Source: Octopus vulgaris
Lineage: Eukaryota
NCBI GenBank assembly: GCA_951406725.2
Contig: OX597816.1
Coordinates: forward strand, 42,532,001 to 42,596,000
Direction of reading: 5' to 3'
DNA: 64,000 nucleotides
The translations under genes and the position numbers were made by a program. Below are positions 16,231 to 29,574 of this stretch, one piece after another. The notes below the pieces were generated by a model that worked only from the letters and a program-made list of their open reading frames with translations, was not told the DNA's origin and did not search any database. How positions within the stretch are numbered: the stretch's first letter is position 1; each line of letters opens with the position of its first letter.

Positions 16231-18669
16231 TGTCAAATCTTACTTCCCACTAACTTTACCTTTTATATTTCTACTTTTATTACTTGCGCTTCCGGTACCT
16301 ATTGGGCTTATATACATACATATATATATATATATATATGACTTATCGATCATTCAATGACGCTTAATTTTCGGTCTTCCATCGGTGCAGCCTTTTCGAT
16401 GTACTTTAAGAATCTGAGAGAGATGTATTTCTCTCACGTGTTTGATACAATCTGCAGTGTTTCGTGCCTGTTTATTGCTCCTTATTTACGAAATGTGAGA
16501 CATGAACATCATGTACGAAGGAATCACAAATCACAAAATCACAAATTATATGCTGAGTAACGATCTTTAAAGGAGGCTCTCAGCAGAAAGCAAATCAACT
16601 GGTGAGCGAATATATGAATTCTCATTGAAAGAACTTGATTCAGTAAGAAATAATATAAGAGAGTAGTTTTGTTCACCTCATATGAAGAAAGCATATAAAA
16701 TATGATGCGGGCATTTTTATTTTCATGTGTGGTTTTCCCCATATACAAGCTAAACTAACACCTGAACTCGTAGTTAATCAACAAATACGCAACTGCGTGC
16801 TCAAAACAACGGCGTGTGTAATACTCATCATATGTAGAGTTATGTAAATCAAATCATTGCATACAAATGCAGTGATATACAACAGAATATACTTCTATAC
16901 GATGTTGTACCGCAGACATCAGTTTTGTTTGGGATTCTAAAGGACATATATTTGAGTCAATGTTTAAGTCAACAGTATTAGGTCTGATCATTTGTCCGTA
17001 TGTTTTCACCATCAATACTCGTATATAACCAGCATATATAGTATTTGTATGTGTTGCAACGAATGCGCAATGTGAGTTTGTGTACACGCACATATATATG
17101 GATAATAGAACGATAGGTACTAGAGTTCAAATACAATCACTCGTGAACAAGATTTTTTTAGGTAAGAATAAACTACTCAGAAAGTGAATAGTCTTCTCTC
17201 TACTTTTATATAATTGGATATCGCTAGTGAATTCATTCATATGCATGACGGTATCCTTGTGTGTATATCTGTGGGTGTTTTGCTCATATATGCATTCACA
17301 CTTATACTGATAGTTATACATATGAAGATGTGCGTTAAAATGTTTGATTGTGCATATGATTATATATAAACGTATGGGAGTGTTAGCTCTGCATTGCGGT
17401 TTGTTGATTACGTATGTCAAATAGTGTACAAACCTCCACATTCTGCTCTCTCTCTCTCTCCCCTTTTCGCTTTCTCTTTTCTTTCAATTTCTGCCCTCTT
17501 CAAAGCACAAAGAAATTAATTTTTACAGAATAACCGAATGAAACGCAGAATGAGAAAAATAGAAAGAGAGACAAGTGAAAGAAACAGAGACAGAAGACAA
17601 ATTTCTATAGAGGAAGTTGAAGGACGGTTAGCAGGTAAGAGACAGACATTGATGTTTCATACCCTGTGTATGTTCTATAGGTGAAGGTGAAAAAAGCCCC
17701 GCACAAAATTAATACAGTATGTTCTATTGGTGAATGTGGATAAAAGGCGGCGCAAACACAGGCGGAATGCAGGAAACAAAGGGGATGTCGAGAGCCTCAG
17801 AAATGAGGGCGCATCGTACAATTTTAAGGTAATTTTCACTTTCGTCCCATGTTTCTCGCGTACGTAGAATTTGACGTTATCTTTTTCTTTCAGTTTCTCA
17901 TTGTAATGTGCGGAGAGCTGTAGTTAACATGTTACAACTTCACTACATTTGTTTCTTTTTGAATTAAGAAGATTATGCAAAAATGTTTTCATTTGCCACA
18001 AAAACACACACTGACACGTACACAAACACACACACAGTTAAAGTATTCTGTATGAATCATGTTATTTTTTGCTGTACTCTAAATTACAGCTCAAATCCTA
18101 TGGAAATTACGTTTTCCTATTCTCTCATTCCTGAGCGTATTTCAAAACATAATCTTCCATTTAAACTTACAAGTGAGTTATCTTAGAACTCCTGTCTTTT
18201 ACCTGTTGTTTCTAGCATATCCGAGATGACTTCTGCATACCCCCCACTACTTATTTCTTTCCCCCAATATACTCACATTCCTATGTTTTCCATACAGGAG
18301 ATTTACACTTCACCCGACAGCGGATAGTTGATGAGTGGCCGAGGTGCGTGAAGGAGGCATTCAGTATTTATTTCAGAAAAATTAAAATTTCAAAAGCAAA
18401 GTATATTTCCCACATTTGTAATCTTTGTATTTTTCCACGTGCCTAACAAAAAAAAAAAAATTAGAAAAAACAGTTAAAAATTGGGAAATTTGGGCGGAGA
18501 GGGAGGTAATTATAATTTTGAAAATATGATTTCTGGGTAAACAGTACATAGTTTGTGATCCCTCTTAAGAATACAAATCACTTTCATGCAAATTGTACCC
18601 ACCCCCGCTTCAGTTCCGGACAAACAAGAACTTCCATTAAACAAGTAATCCACTCCAATATATATCCTT

Positions 18670-18872
18670 TTTTACTCTTGGCACAAGGCACGAAATTTTG
18701 GGGGAGGGGGCCAGTCGATTATATCGACCCCAGTACGCAACCGGTACTTAATTTATCGACCCCGAAAGGATGATAAGCCATGTGTACATCGGCGGAATTT
18801 GAAGTCACAGCAGAAGAAACACCGCTAAGCATTCCGCCCGGCGTGCTAACGTTACTGCCAGTTCACCGCCTT
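18670..18872 (-). mobile_element. SINE family B
   Basis: Reverse complement of the GGCGG(T/C)GAGCTGGCAG...GTTAGCACGCCGGGCG head and the CATCCTTTCGGGGTCGATAAAT..AAGTACC body, as seen at 51674. Confidence 0.8.
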
Positions 18873-19089
18873 CAAACTCCACTCCACTATATATGAGCTA
18901 ACAGAATGCGCTACGCTTATCATGAGGCAATATAGCCAAATCATTGAGAGCTAATCGCTTCGCCTCATAATAACGGTATACAAATTGGCATGAATTTTTC
19001 CACATCTTTTCATTCGTTACTAAAGAATCAAATTCTGCAATGCATAACTTCAAATTGTTTATTCTGGAGATGCCTTAAAGTTTGTCTCC

Positions 19090-19550
19090 ATTGACACTAC
19101 TATCGACAAACATGCCACTGTTATGCGTCCAGCCGTAATTCTCATCTCTCTACAAGCCACAGGACTGCCATCGCATTAGATGTTCCTAAAAAAAGTGCAC
19201 CTATCATGCTCTTGAAGAATTTGGACCCACCACGACTATGCAATGACGCATGATTGACTGTAACTACAATGACAAGCCATGTCCTACAATTAACCATAAT
19301 TGCCGATTGTTATCAAGTTGAGATCGCATACATACCACGCATGCCCTTTATTCCATCAAGTGTGTCACTTCACTTCAAACCCCTCCAGTTCTCAGTACCA
19401 CTGTGCTTCGCTATGGCAATCAACAAAGCCCAGGGTCGAATTTTAAAATTGTGGATCACAATTTACAAATAACCTGCTTTTCTCATCGACAATTATATGC
19501 TGCATGCTCTCTAGTTAACAGTGCACATGACTTATATATTTATTCATAGT
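19090..19550 (+). pseudogene. Helitron RepHel Pif1-like helicase C-terminal fragment
   Basis: Decayed translation APIMLLKNLDPPRLCN ... IPRMPFIPS..HFKPLQFSVPLCFAMAINKAQG ... FSHRQLYAACS matches the Helitron helicase motifs LLRNL..CNG, QFP..LAFAMTINKSQG and HGQLYVA.S. Confidence 0.85.
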
Positions 19551-19922
19551 TTAACCGAAAACATTTTCGGTTTCACTTAACATACATTGAAGTGTACACT
19601 ATGCCCAAATATTAGAGATGACGCTTTTCAAAATAAAAAGCTTACGGATAACTCTGCGTCCTCATCCGTCATCCAGTTCTTTAAATCCGTTAGACTAGGA
19701 TATTTTGTGGGGCAATGTTAGGATGACATTCTAATCTAAGCTGTATATCCTACATGTTTTGGTGTCAACGATTTCAGTATTCTTCTTCTCGAAATAACCG
19801 AAAAACATGTTTATAAATAAGACTTACTTGCTTCACACTCCTCGAGTGCAGATTCTGCCCATAAGAAAGAAACAAATAAAACAATGTAGATATAGGTCAT
19901 AACAACCGGACAATATACATAC

Positions 19923-19982
<60 letters not shown>

Positions 19983-20333
19983 TTTACGGAATTAATGTTA
20001 TTTTGCGGTTAAAGCTTTTGGCTGTTATTTCTAGTGGGTGAATGGCCTATTATGGCCGTTCCTTGATTGTGATGTTGAACGTAAAAATGGTTTATGACTA
20101 TTTAATTTTTTCCCACTAGGCCGTTGGTGGCAAAAGAATTCTACAAAATTTTTTTGCCACCCTATATTGATTAATTATGAATTTTCTGGTTAGTTCCGTA
20201 ATGGAATCGGTGGCTTATATTTATTTGCTGCCGATAAATTTGGCGCGAGTGAGACGATTTGAAAATTTTAGGTCAGATATTGCCGAGGTAGCAAGAGGAA
20301 TGCCTCGTGAAAAATATCTGTTCCGACTTGGCT

Positions 20334-20440
20334 ATTTCTTACTGATGAGTCTAAGGGCCTATGGTGGATTGGCTTGATTTAATTTAATCAGGTTAGTTTA
20401 CCATTAAACGGTAGATGAAACGGTGCATCGTCTAAGAAAT
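20334..20440 (+). ncRNA. Type I hammerhead ribozyme, copy 1 (predicted cleavage after C20432)
   Basis: Stem I ATTTCTTA (20334-41)/TAAGAAAT (20433-40); core CTGATGA (20342-48); stem II GTCTA/TAGAT plus a 19-bp hairpin; GAAA (20417-20); stem III ACG-GTGCAT-CGT; GTC cleavage triplet (20430-32). Confidence 0.85.
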
Positions 20441-20823
20441 TACAGGGTAAAAGTTTTTCAATTTTCTCCTGGTTTACGGAATTAATGTTATTTTGCGGTT
20501 AAAGCTTTTGGCTGTTATTTCTAGTGGGTGAATGGCCTATTATGGCCGTTCCTTGATTGTGATGTTGAACGTAAAAATGGTTTATGACTATTTAATTTTT
20601 TCCCACTAGGCCGTTGGTGGCAAAAGAATTCTACAAAATTTTTTTGCCACCCTATATTGATTAATTATGAATTTTCTGGTTAGTTCCGTAATGGAATCGG
20701 TGGCTTATATTTATTTGCTGCCGATAAATTTGGCGCGAGTGCGACGATTTGAAAATTTTAGGTCAGATATTGCCGAGGTAGCAAGAGGAATGCCTCGTGA
20801 AAAATATCTGTTCCGACTTGGCT

Positions 20824-20930
20824 ATTTCTTACTGATGAGTCTAAGGGCCTATGGTGGATTGGCTTGATTTAATTTAATCAGGTTAGTTTACCATTAAACG
20901 GTAGATGAAACGGTGCATCGTCTAAGAAAT
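20824..20930 (+). ncRNA. Type I hammerhead ribozyme, copy 2 (predicted cleavage after C20922)
   Basis: Identical to copy 1, shifted by +490. Confidence 0.85.
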
Positions 20931-21150
20931 TACAGGGTAAAAGTTTTTCAATTTTCTCCTGGTTTACGGAATTAATGTTATTTTGCGGTTAAAGCTTTTG
21001 GCTGTTATTTCTAGTGGGTGAATGGCCTATTATGGCCGTTCCTTGATTGTGATGTTGAACGTAAAAATGGTTTATGACTATTTAATTTTTTCCCACTAGG
21101 CCGTTGGTGGCAAAAGAATTCTACAAAATTTTTTTGCCACCCTATATTGA

Positions 21151-21259
<109 letters not shown>

Positions 21260-21488
21260 CAAAGGCGACTGAAGAAGGGGAATTTTCCTTGTATTGTATG
21301 TCCTGTACTCTATTTTTTCGTTTTTTAAGAAAATTGTCCATTTCCTTGGTTTTGTGTTTATGTTTTCGTTTCTCATTGTGTTTGACGTTTTTGTTTTGGT
21401 GTCCTGTACCCATATATGCGTGTATATATACATGTAGAGGTAGGTACGTACATATATGTATGTATATATGCATATGTTTTATTTTATT

Positions 21489-21547
<59 letters not shown>

Positions 21548-22483
21548 TATTTAAAGCGCCTGTGCGTGAGTGTGCGGAGTTATGTATAACCATGTATACA
21601 TGCATACATATACATACAGACATACATTATATACATACATGTATATGCACATACACATGATCGAGTTTAGATGTCATTGTGTATCTATGTACTTGTGTGT
21701 GTTTGCGTGTCTGTATGAGTGTGTCTAGAATTCCTTTCTTTACAATATTTTACATTCATTAATGTATTTGACACATTGAAAATACTTTTAAACGATGGAG
21801 ATTGGCATATTTTTGAACAGAGTTTCCCACAGGGAATTAAATTATTTTTTCAAACAGTGTAAACGTTATTACCTTTCCCCCAACACACATCCATTCAACG
21901 TGTTTCTCACTGACTATACACTAGTCAACAGGTACAGGAAGCTGTCAGAAAATAATTTTCAGAAGTTATTAACCAGAGAAGGAATAGAGTGTCATAGTCC
22001 GGAAGAGCCAATGAAAAAAAAAATCAGCAATAATTATGTTAATAGTGATGGATGTTGTTCCTGACACGAACTAGGTTAGACAGGATGTTATGAGTTTCGG
22101 AAGATTCATGACTCGTTGGACCAATCAGAGTACCGCAGAAATTCGAAGAAAACTGTAACCGAAAGTAAATGTTCTTTTTTTTTCTCACTGTTACTAATAC
22201 TTCCGTATATGTAAGTATATAAATATAACAGTGTGTAAATATGAAATGCTTGCTTGTGGCTGTATGTGTGTGTATGTGATATTGCGTATAGCTAGTGACT
22301 AATTATGTGATTATATATATATCTCATACAATTTTAAGCCTAGCAGCGTTATTAAATTTGTATATAAGATAGGGTGTATAAAATGTTACACGCATGTGCG
22401 CTTGTGCATGTACGTTTGTATATTAATATGTAGAGTGATGCATATGTGTGTACTTGTGTGTGCATGGAAACGTATGTGTGTAC

Positions 22484-22603
<120 letters not shown>

Positions 22604-22850
22604 ATAGCAAAATACAGTAGAGCATGAACGTATTCGTCTAATTGTGGCTTACCATTTCACTACTACACCATCGACAATAGTTTTTTTCTGCGAAAGCATG
22701 CAGCACTACACTTGCACTACAAAGTTAAACTTATCAGTAATTAGCTTCACTCACACGACCTTCGCCCCCGTGTTACAGCATTTGTTTACACTCCAGTTCC
22801 AAGCTTCAGTTAAAATACTTGAATTAACGTCTAGATCAGTTTGGTTTGTA

Positions 22851-23438
22851 GAACGTTAGCACGCCGGGCGATATGCGTAGCCGTATTTCGTCTGCCGTTA
22901 CGTTGTGAGTTCAAATTCCAAAGAGGTCGACTTTGCTTTTCACCCTTTCGGGGGTCGATTAAATAAGTACCAGTTACGCACTGGGGTCGATGTAGTCGAC
23001 TTAATCTGTGTGTCTGTCCTTGTTTGTCCCCTCTGTGTTTAGCCCCTTGTGGATAGTAAAGAAATAGGTATTTCGTCTGCCGTTACGTTGTGATTTCAAA
23101 TTCCGCCGAGGTCGACTTTGCCTTTCATCCTTTCGGGGTCGATTAAATAAGTACCAGTTACGCACTGGGGTCGATGTAGTCGACTTAATCTATGTGTCTG
23201 TCCTTGTTTGTCCCCTCTGTGTTTAGCCCCTTGTGGATAGTAAAGAAATAGGTATTTCGTCTGCCGTTACGTTGTGAGTTCAAATTCCGCCGAGGTCGAC
23301 TTTGCCTTTCATCCTTTCGGGGTCGATTAAATAAGTACCAGTTACGCACTGGGGTCGATGCAGTCGATTTAATCTGTGTGTCTGTCCTTGTTTGTCCCCT
23401 CTGTGTTTAGCTCCTTGTGGGTAGTAAAGAAATAGGTA
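22851..23438 (+). mobile_element. SINE family B with three tandem ~184-bp body repeats
   Basis: Head GAACGTTAGCACGCCGGGCG, then a unit starting GTATTTCGTCTGCCGTTACG at 22883, 23068 and 23252. Confidence 0.9.
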
Positions 23439-23656
23439 TACATTCAGATAAGAAATTCTTGAATGTGGCGCTCATAGCTCTCCAATGTCAATTCCCCTTC
23501 AACAAACAACATGTTGTTGGTTTTCACTTTTAGTAAGATATTATCACCAAGATAGTATAACAGATTCTGAATACTCCAGCTAGAATTACAGCGACAAGAA
23601 GAACTGTTTACTGTTATATAGCACTCAGTTGAGAAACGTATGTGCCATATGCTTTA

Positions 23657-23883
23657 CAATAATGGCCAAAAGTTTGGAACATAGGGTTGAAAATTAGGAC
23701 TTTTATATTAAATGCCCGTTGTTATATTTAATTTACAATATATTATTACTTGGCCAAAGGATTGGAATGTAGCTCTGAAAAATTATAATTTTTATATTAA
23801 ATGCCCAAAGTTATATTTGAAAGGAACTGTACCTGGGTATAGTTTTAATTTTTAAAAATGTTCCAAACTTTTGGCTACAGTTG
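23657..23883. mobile_element. Tc1-type MITE (~227 bp)
   Basis: TIRs TA|CAATAATGGCCAAAAGTTTGGAACA and TGTTCCAAACTTTTGGCTACAGTTG|TA with TA flanks; no coding capacity. Confidence 0.8.
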
Positions 23884-26739
23884 TATTATTGGTAGCGACC
23901 ATGTATATTTAAGTTCGCAAATGCATGCTTTCCCAAATGCACGTAACCCTCTAAAGAATGTCCCAGTACTCTTCGCAGGGGACACACACTGCTGCAGCCA
24001 ATATTATAGATTATTGCTCCAGCAATTATTGGGGTTATTACGTAGTACCCAGAAAATAAATAGCCTTTGATAACATTCGACAACTTGAAATGAGACGACG
24101 GCAATGATAACAAATTTTGACTAATTATTCAGGCCATTATGGTGAAAATAGCCACTACCTAAAAAATTGTCAAAAACTGGATTTCGTAGTTTTCCGGTGA
24201 TCTCAAGTATATTATGACATATATTAGTGCATCTATCACATATATTAGTGCATTAATCATAGATGTGACAAAGCGCCCAAGCCAAGTAAACCAAACTCCC
24301 ACCAACACATCTCATCTCCAAATCAGATTGGAAAACGAAATGCTATTAAAATTCTCCGAGTATGCTTGAAACATTCTCCAAAATAAGAAATACGTCACGG
24401 TATAAAGAAGGTGGCAAGTTCAGATGAACTTTTAGGTAGTGTTAGGTGAAGCTTAAATACATACGCAAGCTGCCAGAATTAATGGTAAATTTCCAAAATA
24501 TATTCTTGACCCTATATTCTGTAAGCGAAACCTTATTAAAAAAATATTTTTTGTCTGTGGCCAGTGCAACTTTCGCTCATCTGTCTTTTCAAACTTCAGA
24601 AGATTCAGAAAACTACAGAAAATTTCCAAACAGATTCGCCATATGGCTACTGTACGTAATGGCATTTATCTCTCCACTCTTGGCTAGACCTAGAAAAGTT
24701 GTTTGCATAAGTATTTACCTGCTATCACATTAGTCTTTCCATCGTTCATGCCATGGTGTTTCACAATGATTGTAGTATTGTGGTCCCAGTCTCTGGCTAT
24801 TAGGATTTTGGCAATGGCATCATATTTTCTCTGAAACTGCTATTCTGCAGAAATTCAACAGAACAGGACTAGCTACTGCATATGTAATGATTTCAGCAAC
24901 AGTTTTTCTAAGACAGTAGGCCTCGTGTATCTCCAACCTATGACACTGAACATCATAATGTTCTTCTTTTCGAAGATAGAATGATGTGCATTACGCAGTT
25001 AACTTGAATTTTGAGCAAGAACGTAGCATTTAGAAAAGTCTTAGCCGAAGATATATTTAGGACCATCTCATGATTTAGTACTTTCATTGAGTTGCTCTTT
25101 TAAACATCTTGAGTCTTCAACTGCCTCTACCTTTCTTCGACATTATTCTGGGAGCAGAGAGTTTAATGTAAATAAGTTCATGTTAAAATGCAAATCGACA
25201 TTATTACCCATCAGAAACATGCTCTTGGCTGATAATACAGTAATTTCTTCCAACTTTTCAGTAAACGTAAAGACAGATATTGAGAGACGTGCGAGTTATT
25301 TGATTTCATAATCAGTCTTAAGAAGATCAACTTCAAGAGATAATGTACTCCTTAATCGTCTTGTACTGACATCATAAGTGGCACATAAGTTTCAGAATTC
25401 TCGGTTCCCTGATACAGACGTCTGCTCCGTAAAAGTTGAGATGAAGTGACTCGATGACACATCCGCCCCTTCTGTCGGTAAATATTAATGTTATTGCTAA
25501 CAACAATCAGCACATACTATCTAGCTAACGTAAAAGGTACTAGGCCTGTGTTCCAAAGTTAGTTCTGTATCACAGCGTTTCATAAACAACCAAACATCCA
25601 CAACGATTACTTCATGTAATCACTGAGTCTGCGTAGAAGTATTGGGAGTAACAGGTTGGAAATAACTACTCCGGAAGGAAACGTCTAAACGTTTACTTAA
25701 CTGCGCTAACGTCTAATTCGATATAATAATAATAATATCATGCACATTACATGGCCGCCAATCTTATTCCAGATGAATAGCTACACGGTGAATTTGCATA
25801 AAATCAAGAATCAGATGTCACCAGCTCATCGGTTTTTATGCGAAGGCAACAGGAAAGCGATCAGCATTACTCCTTTTAAATGGGGCGTACAATTCTATAG
25901 ACTCTGTGTTCTAAAGCAATTACTAGTTTCATTGCGATTAAAAAGTCGAAAGGAAGATAATTTGATGACCTGGGTGGACATTGATTTCAGGAAGAAGCTA
26001 GGTTTTAACGTCCCTTATATATAGGTAACGAACCAAAAATAATACCAATTTTATTTCGCACATTCACTGCTCGTTATGTCCTGTGAGGTGAGTTTGGAAT
26101 CGTGGATTAGATTGGATCTGCTTCTTAAATTCTAGCTCTTGGGAGAATTTTCTGTATCGTTCTATCCAAAGTATTGTAATTCATTTATCACATCCTTTGA
26201 TTTCTTTTGCTATAAATGCATACAAAAAAAAAGGGAATATCTTGTTATTTCAGGGATTCCTAGCCCTGTAGAAAATTTAAACTATTATTATGATTTTTAT
26301 TTATAAAATAAATTTATGGGAAATATGGATAGAGAGAGCCCGATATTTTTCTGTAGATATGTAATTGTTGCCGTTTCTTGTTTGGTATTTTCTGCTAATC
26401 GATAAAAACAGAATTGGGAGACACATCAGATGACAAAGAAGAATAAAACATGAAATATATCAATATTTATATCGATATAAAAGAGCAAAAATTATTAGAG
26501 CTATTAATTGAATAACCTTGCAAATTTAAAAAGAACAATGTAAAGAAATTTAGTAGACTGGTTCTGCTGTCACTACACCCAAAAATAATAACAATTATTA
26601 TTTCTAATTTTGGCACTAGGCCAGTAGTTTACAGCGGGAGGGGGTAAGTCGATTACATCGATAAAATTTGATAATTATTTTATGAAAACTAGAAGGATGA
26701 GGAACAAAATACAACGGGGCGGTATTTTAAATTTCATTA

Positions 26740-27589
<850 letters not shown>

Positions 27590-28859
27590 GGTCCTGAAAG
27601 CCAGCCTGAGTGTCAAAAATCTGATTGCCGCAATGAATATTTGGGCAGTTGCGGTTGTCAGATATAATGCATCCATACTCAAATGGACTAAGCAGTGAAG
27701 ATCGACACTGGATAAAAAGGCGTGTAAGTTGATGACGCTGCAAACGTAAACACACTGTCACGCTGTATATGAAAAGAAAGAATGTGGGTAGATGACTAAT
27801 TAGTACAGACGATTGTAGAAGGAGTGAAAGGAGAACGCTTGCCAGCATCTGATAAAGAGTGATGAAGACCTGCTGCAATATGCCGCTAAAGATATGGATG
27901 TAAATGCAAATGAAATGATGAGCCAGGAAGAGTTTAACCAGAGAGCTGAGGAGAAGTGAAAAGAGGACCAGCTTGAAATGAGAATTCATTGAGAGTTTGA
28001 AAGGAATACACTAAACGTTAAGGATAATACAGCATCGTGAGCGCGGTGATTTGGAGCATACCACCGAAAGCCTGATCATTGCTGCACAAGATGAGGCTAT
28101 AAAACTTCTGACACCCCGAAATGCAGGCTCTGTGGAAAGATTGGAGACAAAGTTATCTACTTGGTAAGTGGATGTGATTGTCTTGCAAAAAAAAGAATAC
28201 AAGTTCCGCCACAATAAAGTGTATATGTATCTTCATTGGCTCTTATGCCGTAAATACGAATATGAAGTAACAGAGAACTTGAATGAGCATGTACCAAGTA
28301 AAGTTATCCAGGAGGTTGGACAAGTAACGATACACTGGAACTATGATTTTCAGACGGATCGTGTAATCGAACACTGTCGTCTGGATATTGTCATATAATG
28401 CAGAGAGCAATTCCTTGTAGACTAATAGATACAGGTATGGGCACTGATAAAGGTAAATCTGTAAAGAAATTTGACAAATATAATAAATATAAGGATCTGG
28501 AATTTGAAAAACAAAAGATGTGGCATTTGAAAGCGAGAACTGTTCCTGTTATTGTGGAGGGCCTAGGTATGAATAGAGAGGTATATCAGAAACATATAGA
28601 TGATATCCCAGGAGAACCATGCCTCAGAGAAATCCAAAAGACTGCACTGACAAGTACAGCTCACATCCTTATAAAAACCGTATCAATTTAAATACATACG
28701 TTGTATTACATGAAAACATTTCGTTATTGCCCTTTCCAAGTCCTCTCCCCAAGCTTTTAGTCATACTATAACATCTCTCATGCTTCACTAGCCCTAGGAC
28801 ACTGGGTGTGTCTCGGCGAGCGATTGTAACAAACATGCAGATTAAAAGTAAACAACAGG

Positions 28860-28860
<1 letters not shown>
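27590..28860 (+). mobile_element. 5'-truncated, decayed R4/Dong-like non-LTR retrotransposon (RLE endonuclease)
   Basis: CRLCG zinc knuckle, LAKKEYKFRHNKV..YLHW.LC, W.YDFQTDRVIEHCRLDIV and K..KYKDL..E..KMW...TVPVIV..LG are R4-clade CCHC + PD-(D/E)xK motifs. The element lies between AAT-type microsatellites. Confidence 0.85.
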
Positions 28861-29090
<230 letters not shown>

Positions 29091-29430
29091 GTAAATTATG
29101 ACCATTGTGATCTCGATGATATCAGGAAAAAACATTGATGAGAAAAGACACAATTGAATTAAAATTAACGATAAGCAATGCCGAAAGAAGCAATAGCATC
29201 AACGGCTACAATGAAAACAGCAATTTCCCGATATCTATATAATTAGGAATCCTATGATAGCGAAAGATGCATCGCCATTAACATAAACAGTTGTGTTATC
29301 ACATTATTTCATTAGTGATGAATAGAACCCGATATTTTGTCTGCAAATATGTAATATCATTTATTGAATTGATGTGGGGGATAGAGCTGAAGTATTACGT
29401 GATCACAATTATGTTGGTGTATACGTATAT

Positions 29431-29488
<58 letters not shown>

Positions 29489-29508
29489 CTATATATATTT
29501 CTATATAA

Positions 29509-29574
<66 letters not shown>

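Noticed and set aside
20177-20377. Identical 66-aa ORF in both 490-bp units
   Set aside because: Identity follows from the recent duplication. There is no recognisable domain, and its 3' end overlaps the hammerhead. The single synonymous change is not enough to infer coding selection.
24700-25330. Possible hAT (Buster/Charlie-like) transposase relic on the minus strand
   Set aside because: Only faint peptide resemblance (..CLKEQLNEST..) and no TIR or TSD found; not supportable without a profile search.
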